Counted from the stretch's first letter, positions 19,091-27,763 are shown. The stretch is 47,893 nucleotides of DNA from Deferribacterales bacterium (GCA_050253335.1 JBFWJG010000013.1:1-47893); one strand, 5' to 3'. Program-made: numbers and translations. The notes: generated from the letters alone by a model not told the origin.

Positions 19091-20333
19091 AGAGCGTTCC
19101 TCCGGTAAGTGTATTGAGCGCGCTGAGTTTTTTCTGTCTCAGGGTGCTCTGCTCGAGGTATTTCATTTCGTATTCTATTGATGTGTTCACAGCGGCGATG
19201 ACTTCCGAGGCGGGCATCATCCCCTGACGGTAGCCCGCTAGACTTGAATCCCTCAACAGGCGGGATTTCCCGATGACTCCGCCCCTGTAGATCTCCATTA
19301 TCCTTTCCGCCGCTTCTGCCGAGGCGACAAACTCCGTCACCATGCTTCTCAGCTCGTGGCGCATATCCGCCAGAAGCGTGTCCGCCTTGTATTTTTTAGC
19401 CCGTGCGGAATCCGCCGCGGGCTTCTGTTTTGTTTTGTAATAGAGAGGAAGGTTGAACGCCACGCCCACTGTCCAGACATCGTCCATTTCGCTGAATCTG
19501 GGCTCGTAGCCTGCGGTGATTGTGAAGTCAGGGTACATTTCAAGCTCCTTCATCCGCACTTCCGCCTCCATCTCCCTCACTTCGGTTTCCATAGCCTTCA
19601 CGGTGAAGGAATTGTTTCTGGCGAGGATATAGATTTCGCTTACGCTTTTATCCAGCGGGAGTTCGGGAAGGGGGGCGAATTCTCCGAAAACATCCGAATC
19701 CTGCCCTGTTATGTGGGCAAGGGATGTTTTCAGCATCCTTTCCTGTTCCTCAAGCATCTCTTTTGCTTCGAACGCCATATATTTTTCTCGCTGAAACATC
19801 AGCACCTCCGCCGATGAACCCTGAGCGGAGCGGAATCTCGCTTCCGCCGCGGCCTCCAGAAGCCCGAGGAAGCTTATCTTGGAATCCAGAAGCTTTTTGG
19901 ATTCCTGAATTCGGTAAAGGTCAAGATAAAGCGCTTTGATGTTGTATATGATGCTGAGTTTTTCGTTCTGTCTGTTTATCTCGGCGGTTTTTGTCCTGAA
20001 TTCCGCCTGTTCGGTCTGCGTTTTGAGCTTTCCCGGAAAGGGGAACATCTGGCTGAACATCACCGTGAAACGGGTCATGCCCGCCATCTCGTCACCGAGG
20101 GTGATTCTGTCCGTGCCTTCGTTTATGTAGCCGAGGCTGACCATGGGATCAGGCAGACTGCCCGCCACGGATTCGAGAGATTTGGACGCTCTCACGTCAT
20201 ATTTCATGGATTCAAGCCGTGTGTTTCTTGAGAATGCCTTTTCTATAAGGCTGTCTATGTCCACAGTTTCAGCCTGCGCGGTGAATCCTGTTAAAATCAG
20301 CGCCGCCGCTGCGGCAATTGCTGTCATCTTCAT
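19068..20333 (-). CDS. TolC-family outer membrane factor
   Basis: Signal peptide; LPDP...SQMFPFPGKL and YPDFTI...NLPLY; overlaps the adaptor gene. Confidence 0.88.
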   Translation of the reverse strand: MKMTAIAAAAALILTGFTAQAETVDIDSLIEKAFSRNTRLESMKYDVRASKSLESVAGSLPDPMVSLGYINEGTDRITLGDEMAGMTRFTVMFSQMFPFPGKLKTQTEQAEFRTKTAEINRQNEKLSIIYNIKALYLDLYRIQESKKLLDSKISFLGLLEAAAEARFRSAQGSSAEVLMFQREKYMAFEAKEMLEEQERMLKTSLAHITGQDSDVFGEFAPLPELPLDKSVSEIYILARNNSFTVKAMETEVREMEAEVRMKELEMYPDFTITAGYEPRFSEMDDVWTVGVAFNLPLYYKTKQKPAADSARAKKYKADTLLADMRHELRSMVTEFVASAEAAERIMEIYRGGVIGKSRLLRDSSLAGYRQGMMPASEVIAAVNTSIEYEMKYLEQSTLRQKKLSALNTLTGGTLYGTQIPE

Positions 20334-20350
20334 TTCCCTGATCCTTCTTT

Positions 20351-20388
20351 AAAAAAACAGGCGGATTCCGCACGGAAGCGGAACCCGC
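20351..20388 (-). terminator. Intra-operon terminator-like hairpin between ytkA-like and tolC-like genes
   Basis: Minus strand GCGGGTTCCGC-TTCCGT-GCGGAATCCGC-CTGTTTTTTT. Confidence 0.6.
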
Positions 20389-20397
20389 GGTTGACTG

Positions 20398-20793
20398 CTA
20401 TCTCACATCCACGGTGAAAGGGGCTTTGTTCATTGTTTTTGAAGGGGGAGCAACAAAACGCACCTCCACGTTCCAGGGGCCTGTCATGCTGAGATCAAGA
20501 ACTGCCGAATATGCGCCGTTTTTGAATTCCGCCATTGTTTTGTAGTCCATGGCGGGCATGCCGGGCATAGCGGGCATGGAGTAGTAGACGGCGACTTTGC
20601 CGTCCTGAACGGCTTTTCCGTTCTTGTCCTTAATTACGATGGAAACGGCATTCTTGCCTTTGACGGGGGGGGTCTTCTCAAGAGAAGATACAACTGTGAA
20701 ATCGCCTGCCTGTTTTGTGATTTCGAGGGGAGCCGCAAATGCCGAAACAGCGAGAATCACCATGAGAGCGGCGGTTAAGATGAGTTTTTTCAT
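20398..20793 (-). CDS. YtkA/FixH-like exported protein with Met-rich motif (putative copper chaperone)
   Basis: Signal peptide; YSMPAMPGMPAM and LSMTGPW; AAGGAGG RBS; first gene of the efflux operon. Confidence 0.8.
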   Translation of the reverse strand: MKKLILTAALMVILAVSAFAAPLEITKQAGDFTVVSSLEKTPPVKGKNAVSIVIKDKNGKAVQDGKVAVYYSMPAMPGMPAMDYKTMAEFKNGAYSAVLDLSMTGPWNVEVRFVAPPSKTMNKAPFTVDVR

Positions 20794-20944
20794 TGATTGC
20801 CTCCTTAGTGCAAATCTTTAATGCGCCCGCATTGCGGGGCTGTAAAAATTTTCACTGCTTTCCCGTGGGAAAACAGAGGCTTTCGGGACTTTTTGTTCGG
20901 GGGAGAACATCGCGGTTTCCGCAAACCGCTTTTAAGCGCATAAA

Positions 20945-21002
20945 ATCTATAGTTTGTATATTTTTTTAACTTTATATTCTTATTCATATAAAGTCAATAG
21001 GA
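20945..21002 (-). promoter_or_regulatory. Promoter upstream of the efflux operon with two Rrf2-type boxes
   Basis: TTGACT (20992-20997)-17 bp-TAAAGT (20969-20974); boxes ATCTAT-N7-ATATTT (20945-20963) and TCATAT-N7-ATAGGA (20984-21002). Confidence 0.55.
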
Positions 21003-21033
21003 AAAAGAAGCGGGGCTGTTTTGAGCGCCCCGC
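21002..21033 (-). terminator. Terminator of the ABC transporter operon
   Basis: Minus strand GCGGGGC-GCTCAAAACA-GCCCCGC-TTCTTTTT. Confidence 0.75.
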
Positions 21034-21043
21034 ATCATATTTA

Positions 21044-22051
21044 TCAGTATTTTCCGTATCTTTTCGGAGCTGCTTTGTAAGCATCCAGACCTTTCAGCTC
21101 AGTAAAGGCAAACTTAGCCAGACGTGCGGGATCTGTGGAGGCGGAAAGAAGCCCCACATCCTTCAGCTCCTTCGCGGCGTCTGCAAGCGCCTTCTTCGCG
21201 TCGTCCACAGAGGGCCGGTAGTCATAATGCCGGAGAATATCCGCCGCAAATTCCTTATCGATCGGCACATACTTTTTAGCGGTTATAATGTCCGCCGCTT
21301 CCGCCCTGTTTTCGCTTATCCAGAGTGATGCCTTGGCATATGCTCTGGTTATTTTTGCCGCAAGGGCAGGATTGCTTTTCACAAGTTTGCCGTTTATGCC
21401 CAGAGCGCAGCAGAACTCGTCCGCATAGGGTTTGGTTTTGGATGAATCAAGCAGGGTAACGGACGGAACATCCTTTTCTATTATTGCACCCACGGGATCA
21501 GCAACCGTTACCGCGTCCACCTCGTTTTTTTCCAGAGCAATTTTAAGTTCCGGTGTCTGGTACACCTTCCACAGGATATCCGTTTCGGGGTTGAGGCCTG
21601 CTGTTGCGGCCGCTCTGTAAGCTATGAGATGAGGAGCGGAGCCGAATCCGGGCACGCCGACCTTTTTACCCTTGAGCCCTGCTATGTTTTTAATTCCCGA
21701 CTTTTCGGATGCTATCACCTTGAGGCATCCTGTGTGCAGGCCTATGGTGAGCTTAACGTCTATCCCCTGTTCTATAGGCTTTAGCCAGTTCATCAGGAGC
21801 CCCTGCGCCGCATGAATCTTTCCGGAGGATGTTCCCTCCTTCACGGTGTTCCAGTCTCCTTTGATCAGTGTTACATCAAGCCCTTCTTCCTTGAAGAAGC
21901 CTTTTTCAAGGGCTATGTAGGTGGGGATCTCGCAAAGAACCCCCTGATAGCCTATGTTGATTTTTTCATCCGCCGCCCATACATCGGCAGGAACGGCGAG
22001 CACGGCCATAAAGACATAAGCCAGCACAAGTGAAGTGAGTTTTTTAAGCAT
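21044..22051 (-). CDS. ABC transporter substrate-binding protein, SsuA/TauA/NMT1-like, Cys-rich subtype
   Basis: Signal peptide; IALEKGFFKEEGLDV and LKGKKVGV; LCEIP, GLHTGC and EFCC motifs. Confidence 0.88.
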   Translation of the reverse strand: MLKKLTSLVLAYVFMAVLAVPADVWAADEKINIGYQGVLCEIPTYIALEKGFFKEEGLDVTLIKGDWNTVKEGTSSGKIHAAQGLLMNWLKPIEQGIDVKLTIGLHTGCLKVIASEKSGIKNIAGLKGKKVGVPGFGSAPHLIAYRAAATAGLNPETDILWKVYQTPELKIALEKNEVDAVTVADPVGAIIEKDVPSVTLLDSSKTKPYADEFCCALGINGKLVKSNPALAAKITRAYAKASLWISENRAEAADIITAKKYVPIDKEFAADILRHYDYRPSVDDAKKALADAAKELKDVGLLSASTDPARLAKFAFTELKGLDAYKAAPKRYGKY

Positions 22052-22066
22052 ATTTGCCTCCTTTAT

Positions 22067-23023
22067 TTACCATCTGACAGTTGAAGGCTGCCATGACATG
22101 AGTCTGTCCCTGAAAAGAAAAAGAACTTTGATTGCACCGGAGAAAATCACTGCGGAGATAAGTAGGCTGGCGTACATTTTTGCATATGCCGCCCAGCCTA
22201 TTGACCAAACGATATACCAGCCGAGGCCTGAGCTTGACCCTGTCATCTCTGCGGTGATGAGCACAAGAAATGATGCGCTCACCCCCATGAACTGCCCTGT
22301 GAATACCGCAGGCAGAGCGGCGGGCACAGCCACCCTGAAAAACTGCCTGCCCGAATCGGTGCCCAGAACTGCGGCCGCTTCGTAGTAGCTTTTCGGCACG
22401 TTGTATATCCCTGAGGCGGTCATCAGCGTCACGGGAAACCAAACAGCGAGTGCGACAAGAAATACCCCCGCCTGAAAGCTGTTCGGGAAAATTATCATGC
22501 ACACGGGAATCCACGCCGTGGCGGGCACGGGGCCGAAAATGCGCACCACGGGGGAGAGCCAGTAGGAAACCTTCGCACTCCACCCGAGGAGCGAGCCCGA
22601 GGCTATGCCTGCGGCGGAACCTATGAGAAAGCCAAGCACCATGAGCCGCACAGATGAGAACACGCTCTTGACAAGGATTGTCTGATCCTCCACAAAAACC
22701 GCAATAACCCTGTCCGGCCCGGGAAAATAAGGCAGGGGAAGGCGGCCTGTTTTCGAGGTGAAAAAGTCCCATAAAAGGATTATGAATATGCCGAGGGTTA
22801 TAAGCGGTGCCTTGCTGTTCCACCATTTGGCGAAGCTTTTATTAACAGCCCCCATGAACCAAGTGAGTAGGAAAAGGGTTATCAGCGTGTTTATGACCCT
22901 TTCATAATACTCCGGCGGAACAGGGGAAAAGGTGTCTGCGGGATAATACTGAAAAGCCCTCAGAATAACCGCGGCGCTGACAGGAAGAAGCCCTAAGCTG
23001 AAAATACGTTTAAGCATATGCAC
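22067..23023 (-). CDS. ABC transporter permease (SsuC/TauC-like)
   Basis: Hydrophobic; GPVPATAWIP, EAAAVLG, AEMTG. Confidence 0.9.
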   Translation of the reverse strand: MHMLKRIFSLGLLPVSAAVILRAFQYYPADTFSPVPPEYYERVINTLITLFLLTWFMGAVNKSFAKWWNSKAPLITLGIFIILLWDFFTSKTGRLPLPYFPGPDRVIAVFVEDQTILVKSVFSSVRLMVLGFLIGSAAGIASGSLLGWSAKVSYWLSPVVRIFGPVPATAWIPVCMIIFPNSFQAGVFLVALAVWFPVTLMTASGIYNVPKSYYEAAAVLGTDSGRQFFRVAVPAALPAVFTGQFMGVSASFLVLITAEMTGSSSGLGWYIVWSIGWAAYAKMYASLLISAVIFSGAIKVLFLFRDRLMSWQPSTVRW

Positions 23024-23028
23024 GCCCC

Positions 23029-23835
23029 CTATATCGTGAAGTCCTGCGAGAAATCCTTGGCAAAGCCGAAGGTCTCCAGTATGGACGAGCGGAGGCTCAC
23101 AAAGGCGGGCGAGTTTCTTTTTCTCGGTCTTTCAAGGTCTACCGCGAGGGTTTTTATAATGATTCCCGGCCGCTCGGACATAATGATTATGCGGTCGCTC
23201 ATGTATATGGCCTCGTCAATATCGTGCGTTACCATTATCATGGTGGCGGAGCGTTTTTCCCTTATAGCGAGAATCTCATCCTGCATTTTCATGCGGTTGA
23301 AAGCGTCCAGCGCCCCCAGAGGCTCATCCAGAAGCAGAAGGGCGGGCTCGTTCGCAAGGGCGCGGGCTATGGCGACCCTCTGGTTCATGCCCCCTGAAAG
23401 CTGATGTGGGTATGACCTGCCGAAACCCCTGAGATTGGTGAGTTCGAGGTATTTTTCGACATCCGCATCGCTCATTTTCGCCCCTCGTGATTTTGGACCG
23501 AATCTGATGTTTGTATTCACCGTGAGCCACGGAAACAGCGTGGGGTTCTGAAATATCAGCCCGACCTCGGGGTCGGTGCCTTCAAGGGGCTTGCCGTTAA
23601 GGACAATCTCCCCCCCTGTGGCTGTTTCGAGCCCCGCTATAATCCGCAGAAGGGTGGACTTTCCGCAGCCTGAGGGACCTACAATACTGACAAACTCCCC
23701 CTTGTTGATCCGAAGGCTGACGGGTCTGAGAGCCTCAAGCTCCCCGCCGTCTGTTTTTCTGAATGTTTTGGATACGCCTTTTATATCTAGCGCTCCCGCA
23801 TGAGCGGGTGTGTGCAGTGCGGATATTCCTACCAT
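23029..23835 (-). CDS. ABC transporter ATP-binding protein (SsuB/TauB-like)
   Basis: GPSGCGKST, LSGGMNQR, LLLDEP, VTHD. Start re-set to ATG 23835 (AAGGAG RBS, overlaps upstream stop). Confidence 0.92.
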   Translation of the reverse strand: MVGISALHTPAHAGALDIKGVSKTFRKTDGGELEALRPVSLRINKGEFVSIVGPSGCGKSTLLRIIAGLETATGGEIVLNGKPLEGTDPEVGLIFQNPTLFPWLTVNTNIRFGPKSRGAKMSDADVEKYLELTNLRGFGRSYPHQLSGGMNQRVAIARALANEPALLLLDEPLGALDAFNRMKMQDEILAIREKRSATMIMVTHDIDEAIYMSDRIIIMSERPGIIIKTLAVDLERPRKRNSPAFVSLRSSILETFGFAKDFSQDFTI

Positions 23836-24791
23836 TTTATAAGCTCCTTCTGCCATGAGAGAACCCTGTCTCTTATTTTGAAAAGTGTTGTCATTATTGT
23901 GAAAAATATTGCAGATGAAATCAGAAGCGAGGCGAATATCCGTCCGTAGTCGGCGTAATCCCTCGCCCAGACTATGTAAAAGCCCAGCCCTGCCTTAACC
24001 CCTGTCATCTCAGCGGCGATAAGCGTGAGGAAGGATGACCCCAGCCCCATGAAAAAACCTGTGAATATTGCGGGGAGTGCGGCGGGTACTGCTATGAAAA
24101 GCGCTCTTCTGAACGGCGATGCGCCTAAAACCCTGCCCGCATCAAAAAATGACTGCGGAACATTCAGTATCCCCGAAAAGGTCATAACGCTTACGGGAAA
24201 CCAGACCGAAACGGCTATTATGAAAACCCCTGCGGAAAAAAACGTGGGGAAAAGTATTATGCAGAGCGGAATCCACGCCGTAGCAGGGATAGGGCCTATT
24301 ACCCTGACGAAAGGCATGAGCCAGTAGCGGCAAAAACGATTGGAGGATGCCGCCACACCCGTTGCAAAGCCTGCGGCCGCACCGAGGGAGTAGCCCGAGC
24401 TGAGCAGAATCAGGGAGTGGGCAATGCTTTTTATTATTATCCCTCTGTCCTCTGTGAGCACGGTTATAATTTTTCCCAGTGTGGGAAAATAGGCGGATGC
24501 GGCCTCAGTGCTTAGTGTTTCATAAAGAAAAAGCGCAGTGAAGAAGACCGCAATGAAGGGGATGCTTCTGTAATAGGTTTTTCCGAAGCTGTCAGAAAAA
24601 AGAGCGAAGATTGCCGCCGAGGCGGATAATGCAGAGAGAACGGCGAGAAAGAAGATAAAGTTAACTCCGCTTTCTGTTGTACCCCCTCCTCTTAAAAAGG
24701 AAACCGCAATAAAGGCGGAAGCAGCGGCAGAGGGAACAAAGCCGTAAAGACCGCTCTCCTTCCGGAGTAATTCTGCTTTTTTCTCAGCCAT
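23829..24791 (-). CDS. ABC transporter permease (SsuC/TauC-like), paralog of 22067-23023
   Basis: GPIPATAWIP, DAGRVLG, AEMTGVKAGLG. Confidence 0.9.
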   Translation of the reverse strand: MAEKKAELLRKESGLYGFVPSAAASAFIAVSFLRGGGTTESGVNFIFFLAVLSALSASAAIFALFSDSFGKTYYRSIPFIAVFFTALFLYETLSTEAASAYFPTLGKIITVLTEDRGIIIKSIAHSLILLSSGYSLGAAAGFATGVAASSNRFCRYWLMPFVRVIGPIPATAWIPLCIILFPTFFSAGVFIIAVSVWFPVSVMTFSGILNVPQSFFDAGRVLGASPFRRALFIAVPAALPAIFTGFFMGLGSSFLTLIAAEMTGVKAGLGFYIVWARDYADYGRIFASLLISSAIFFTIMTTLFKIRDRVLSWQKELIKW

Positions 24792-24812
24792 AAAAACCTC
24801 GTCTTTTTATTT

Positions 24813-24875
24813 ATCTATAAAATCCATAGATTATATGCAATAAAGAAAGATAAAAGATTTTCAGACCGATGTCAA
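24813..24875 (-). promoter_or_regulatory. ABC operon promoter with perfect ATCTAT-N7-ATAGAT operator
   Basis: TTGACA (24870-24875)-17 bp-TATCTT (24847-24852); box at 24813-24831. Confidence 0.7.
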
Positions 24876-24958
24876 CATCTGAAAAAATAAAAATATAAAA
24901 AAGACTGAGATTGTTTGATTTAAAGAAGGAGCAGAGGAGTTAGGGAGAGTGGGGGAAT

Positions 24959-26029
24959 TTACCTTATCCAGCCTCTGCCCAGAACCGTGTCTCCGTCATA
25001 AAGAACCACCGCCTGTCCGGGAGCAGCGGCCTTTTGGGGCGTTTCGAAAACTATTCTGTAAGAGCCTGTTTCTCCGGCGTAAATTTCTGCCTTTACCGCT
25101 TTATGCTTGTAGCGGATTTGGGCGAGGCATCTGAATCCGTCCGCGGGGATGAATCCCTCCCGCCATGTCCAGCCGTCCGCGGTGATGGAGGAACTCAGGA
25201 GATTTTTCTGCTCGTCAGTGATTATCACTCGGCTGTTTTGTGCATCTATTTCCTTTACCCAGAATCGCTTAAAGGTGTTCAGGCCGAGGTTTCGCCTCTG
25301 ACCTACGGTAAAGTTATGAAGGCCGCTGTGCCTTGCCATTAACTCCCCCTTGTCTGTGATCACCTCGCCGTGTCTGGCGGGTGAGCCGAATCTGTTTCGG
25401 AGCATTTCTGCGAAGCTGTCAAACCCGCCCACAAGGCATGCATCCTGACTCTCAGTGCTTTCTGCGGAGGGAAGGTTCAGTCTGCGGGCGTATTCCCGCA
25501 CCTCCGGCTTGTCCATCCCGCCCAGCGGGAAAAGTGAGCGTCTGAGCTGTTCGCCCGTCAGTCCTGCGAGGAAATAGGACTGATCCTTGTTTGCGTCCTT
25601 CCCTCTTTTCAGCACGGGCAGGCCGTTTACGAAGTCAATCTGCGCGTAATGCCCTGTGGCGGTGTATTCCGCATTCAGGCTGCGGGCAAAGTCCTGCAAA
25701 ATGCCGAACTTCACATATTCATTGCAGAGAAGGCATGGGTTGGGTGTTCTGCCGGAGTCATATTCCTTCCATGAGCTTTCCAGAACTGTTTTTTCGAAAT
25801 CCTTTACGCAGTCATAAACATAATGGCGGATGCCGAGAGCGTTTGCCGTGGAGCGTGCCTTCGTCATGCCGTCTATTCCGCAGCAGGATGGGCTGTCTGA
25901 CGCTTCGGAGCATTCGTGGAGCTTCAGCGTTACGCCTATTACCTCGTAGCCCTGTTCGATGAGCATTGCCGCCGCCACGGAGGAATCCACACCGCCGCTC
26001 ATGGCGGCAACCACACGTTTTTTTACCAT
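24959..26029 (-). CDS. mnmA: tRNA 2-thiouridine(34) synthase
   Basis: AMSGGVDSS, TPNPCLLCN, ATGHY, KDQSYFL, ESQDAC, FTVGQR, APGQAVVLY. Confidence 0.95.
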   Translation of the reverse strand: MVKKRVVAAMSGGVDSSVAAAMLIEQGYEVIGVTLKLHECSEASDSPSCCGIDGMTKARSTANALGIRHYVYDCVKDFEKTVLESSWKEYDSGRTPNPCLLCNEYVKFGILQDFARSLNAEYTATGHYAQIDFVNGLPVLKRGKDANKDQSYFLAGLTGEQLRRSLFPLGGMDKPEVREYARRLNLPSAESTESQDACLVGGFDSFAEMLRNRFGSPARHGEVITDKGELMARHSGLHNFTVGQRRNLGLNTFKRFWVKEIDAQNSRVIITDEQKNLLSSSITADGWTWREGFIPADGFRCLAQIRYKHKAVKAEIYAGETGSYRIVFETPQKAAAPGQAVVLYDGDTVLGRGWIR

Positions 26030-27132
26030 GTTTTCCCTCTCATTGAGTTAACCGTGTCCGCTACTATTTCCGCCGCTCTGACTATCTCCTCTTCCGTTGT
26101 GCCTCTCCCGAGGGAGAAACGCACGGATGCGCGGGCATCCCCGTCGGAGAGCCCCATGGCCGTCAGCACGTGGGAAGGTCTGAAATCCGCCGAACTGCAT
26201 GCCGAACCGCCTGATACGCACAGCCCCGCTAGATCGAGGTTTATTATAAGCGAATCCCCTTTGAGGCCGCTGAACGTTATGTTTGATGTGCCTGAAACTC
26301 TGGGTGAGCCCAGCCCGTTTATGCGGCAGTCAGTCACCTTTGCCGTTATCAGTGATTCCAGCATATCCCGCAGACGGGCGATCTCCGCTTCGTCCTTTTC
26401 CATGCGTTTATCCGCTGTTTCACAGGCTCTTGCGAATGCCGCAGCCAGAACTGTGCTTTCCGTGCCGGGGCGCACTGCCTTCTCCTGACTGCCGCCCTGC
26501 ATAAGAGGGGAGGCTTTGAGTCCGCGCCTCACGAAAAGCGCACCTATGCCTTTGGGTGCGTAAATCTTATGCGCAGAGAGGGTGAGTATGTCCGCGCCGA
26601 GTTCACGGACGTTTATCCTGATTTTCCCTGCCGCCTGAACAGCGTCAGTATGAAAAAGCGCTCCTGCGGAGTGCGCTTTCTCCGCCGCTTTCCGCACAGG
26701 CTGGATAACCCCTGTGTCATTATTGGCGAGCATAACGGAAACGAGGGAAACCCCCGCAGGGATGTTTTCGGCGCTCACTATGCCGCCTGAATCCGAAGGG
26801 AGGAAGTGAACCCTCACTCCCTTTGCGGAGAGATATTCAAACGGTTTCAGAACTGAGCTGTGTTCAATGGCGGAAACCGCCGCCGAGCTTCCGGCGAAGC
26901 TGTGAACGGCTATGTTGTTAGCCTCTGTCCCGCCGGAGGTAAAGATTATCTCGTCGGGAAACGCACCGATAAAAGCCGCCACCTTCGCCCTTGATTCGTC
27001 CAGAAGACTGCGCGCCTTCTGCCCCTCTTCATGGAGGCTTGAGGGGTTTCCGTAAATCTCCAGAGCGCGGAGCATTTCCTCTCTGACTTCCGGTGCGATG
27101 GGCGTTGCGGCGTTGTGGTCAAGATATATCAT
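26023..27132 (-). CDS. Cysteine desulfurase (IscS/NifS/YrvO-like)
   Basis: IYLDHNAATP, GNPSSLH, FTSGGTEANN, HTDAVQ, SAHK, SGGSACSS. Start re-set to ATG 27132 (AAGGA RBS). Confidence 0.93.
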   Translation of the reverse strand: MIYLDHNAATPIAPEVREEMLRALEIYGNPSSLHEEGQKARSLLDESRAKVAAFIGAFPDEIIFTSGGTEANNIAVHSFAGSSAAVSAIEHSSVLKPFEYLSAKGVRVHFLPSDSGGIVSAENIPAGVSLVSVMLANNDTGVIQPVRKAAEKAHSAGALFHTDAVQAAGKIRINVRELGADILTLSAHKIYAPKGIGALFVRRGLKASPLMQGGSQEKAVRPGTESTVLAAAFARACETADKRMEKDEAEIARLRDMLESLITAKVTDCRINGLGSPRVSGTSNITFSGLKGDSLIINLDLAGLCVSGGSACSSADFRPSHVLTAMGLSDGDARASVRFSLGRGTTEEEIVRAAEIVADTVNSMRGKTW

Positions 27133-27151
27133 CAATTTTCCTTGCAATATC

Positions 27152-27209
27152 TGCTATAAAATATATATATTTACTGGATGAAAATAGATAATCCCTGAAA
27201 GGGTGTCAA
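27152..27209 (-). promoter_or_regulatory. iscS-mnmA promoter with degenerate Rrf2-type box
   Basis: TTGACA (27204-27209)-17 bp-TATTTT (27181-27186); TGCTAT-N7-ATATAT at 27152-27170 shares CTATAAAAT with the 24813 box. Confidence 0.55.
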
Positions 27210-27246
27210 GGTTAATTGCGGCTTAATAATTCAGAACCGCTATTTG

Positions 27247-27275
27247 TTGACAACTATTAGCGGATTATGTACATT
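27247..27275 (+). promoter_or_regulatory. sigma70 promoter of the Rrf2 gene
   Basis: TTGACA-17 bp-TACATT. Confidence 0.6.
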
Positions 27276-27301
27276 TCTTTAAGAAAAATAGGGATTGTTT
27301 T

Positions 27302-27763
27302 ATGTTTTCAATGAAAACCGTTTACGGCCTGAAGGCTCTTCAGTACCTTGCCGTTCACGGAGCCGGAAGGCACGTGCTTATATCTGAGGTTGCGGAAAAG
27401 GAAGGGATTCCGAAAAAATTCCTCGAAACCATACTGCTTACCCTCAAGAATGACGGTCTGCTCATCAGCAAAATAGGCAAAGGAGGCGGCTATCAGCTTG
27501 CCGTTGCTCCTTCGGAAATCACTATGGAGCGCATTATCCGCGCCCTTGAAGGTCCTGTCGCTCTTGTTCCCTGCGTTACGGATGAAAACAGCAGCAAGTG
27601 CGACTACTGCGGGGATTTTGCCACCTGCGGCGTGCGCCTTTCCATGACCCGCATCACCGACAAGCTTGTCGACGCCATGTCCCAGACCACTCTCGCGGAT
27701 ATGCTCGAAGACGTTGACAGAGCAGTTCAGAGCAAAAGAAATATCCACAACTACGTCATATAG
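27302..27763 (+). CDS. Rrf2-family transcriptional regulator (CymR/IscR-like, four Cys)
   Basis: YGLKAL, IPKKFLETIL, GKGGGYQLA, LEGP; C-x8-C-x2-C-x5-C. Confidence 0.93.
   Translation: MFSMKTVYGLKALQYLAVHGAGRHVLISEVAEKEGIPKKFLETILLTLKNDGLLISKIGKGGGYQLAVAPSEITMERIIRALEGPVALVPCVTDENSSKCDYCGDFATCGVRLSMTRITDKLVDAMSQTTLADMLEDVDRAVQSKRNIHNYVI

Noticed and set aside
20805..20987. 60-aa ORF as a metal-sensing leader peptide
   Set aside because: It starts within the predicted promoter, has no RBS, and has no CxxC/His or stalling motif.
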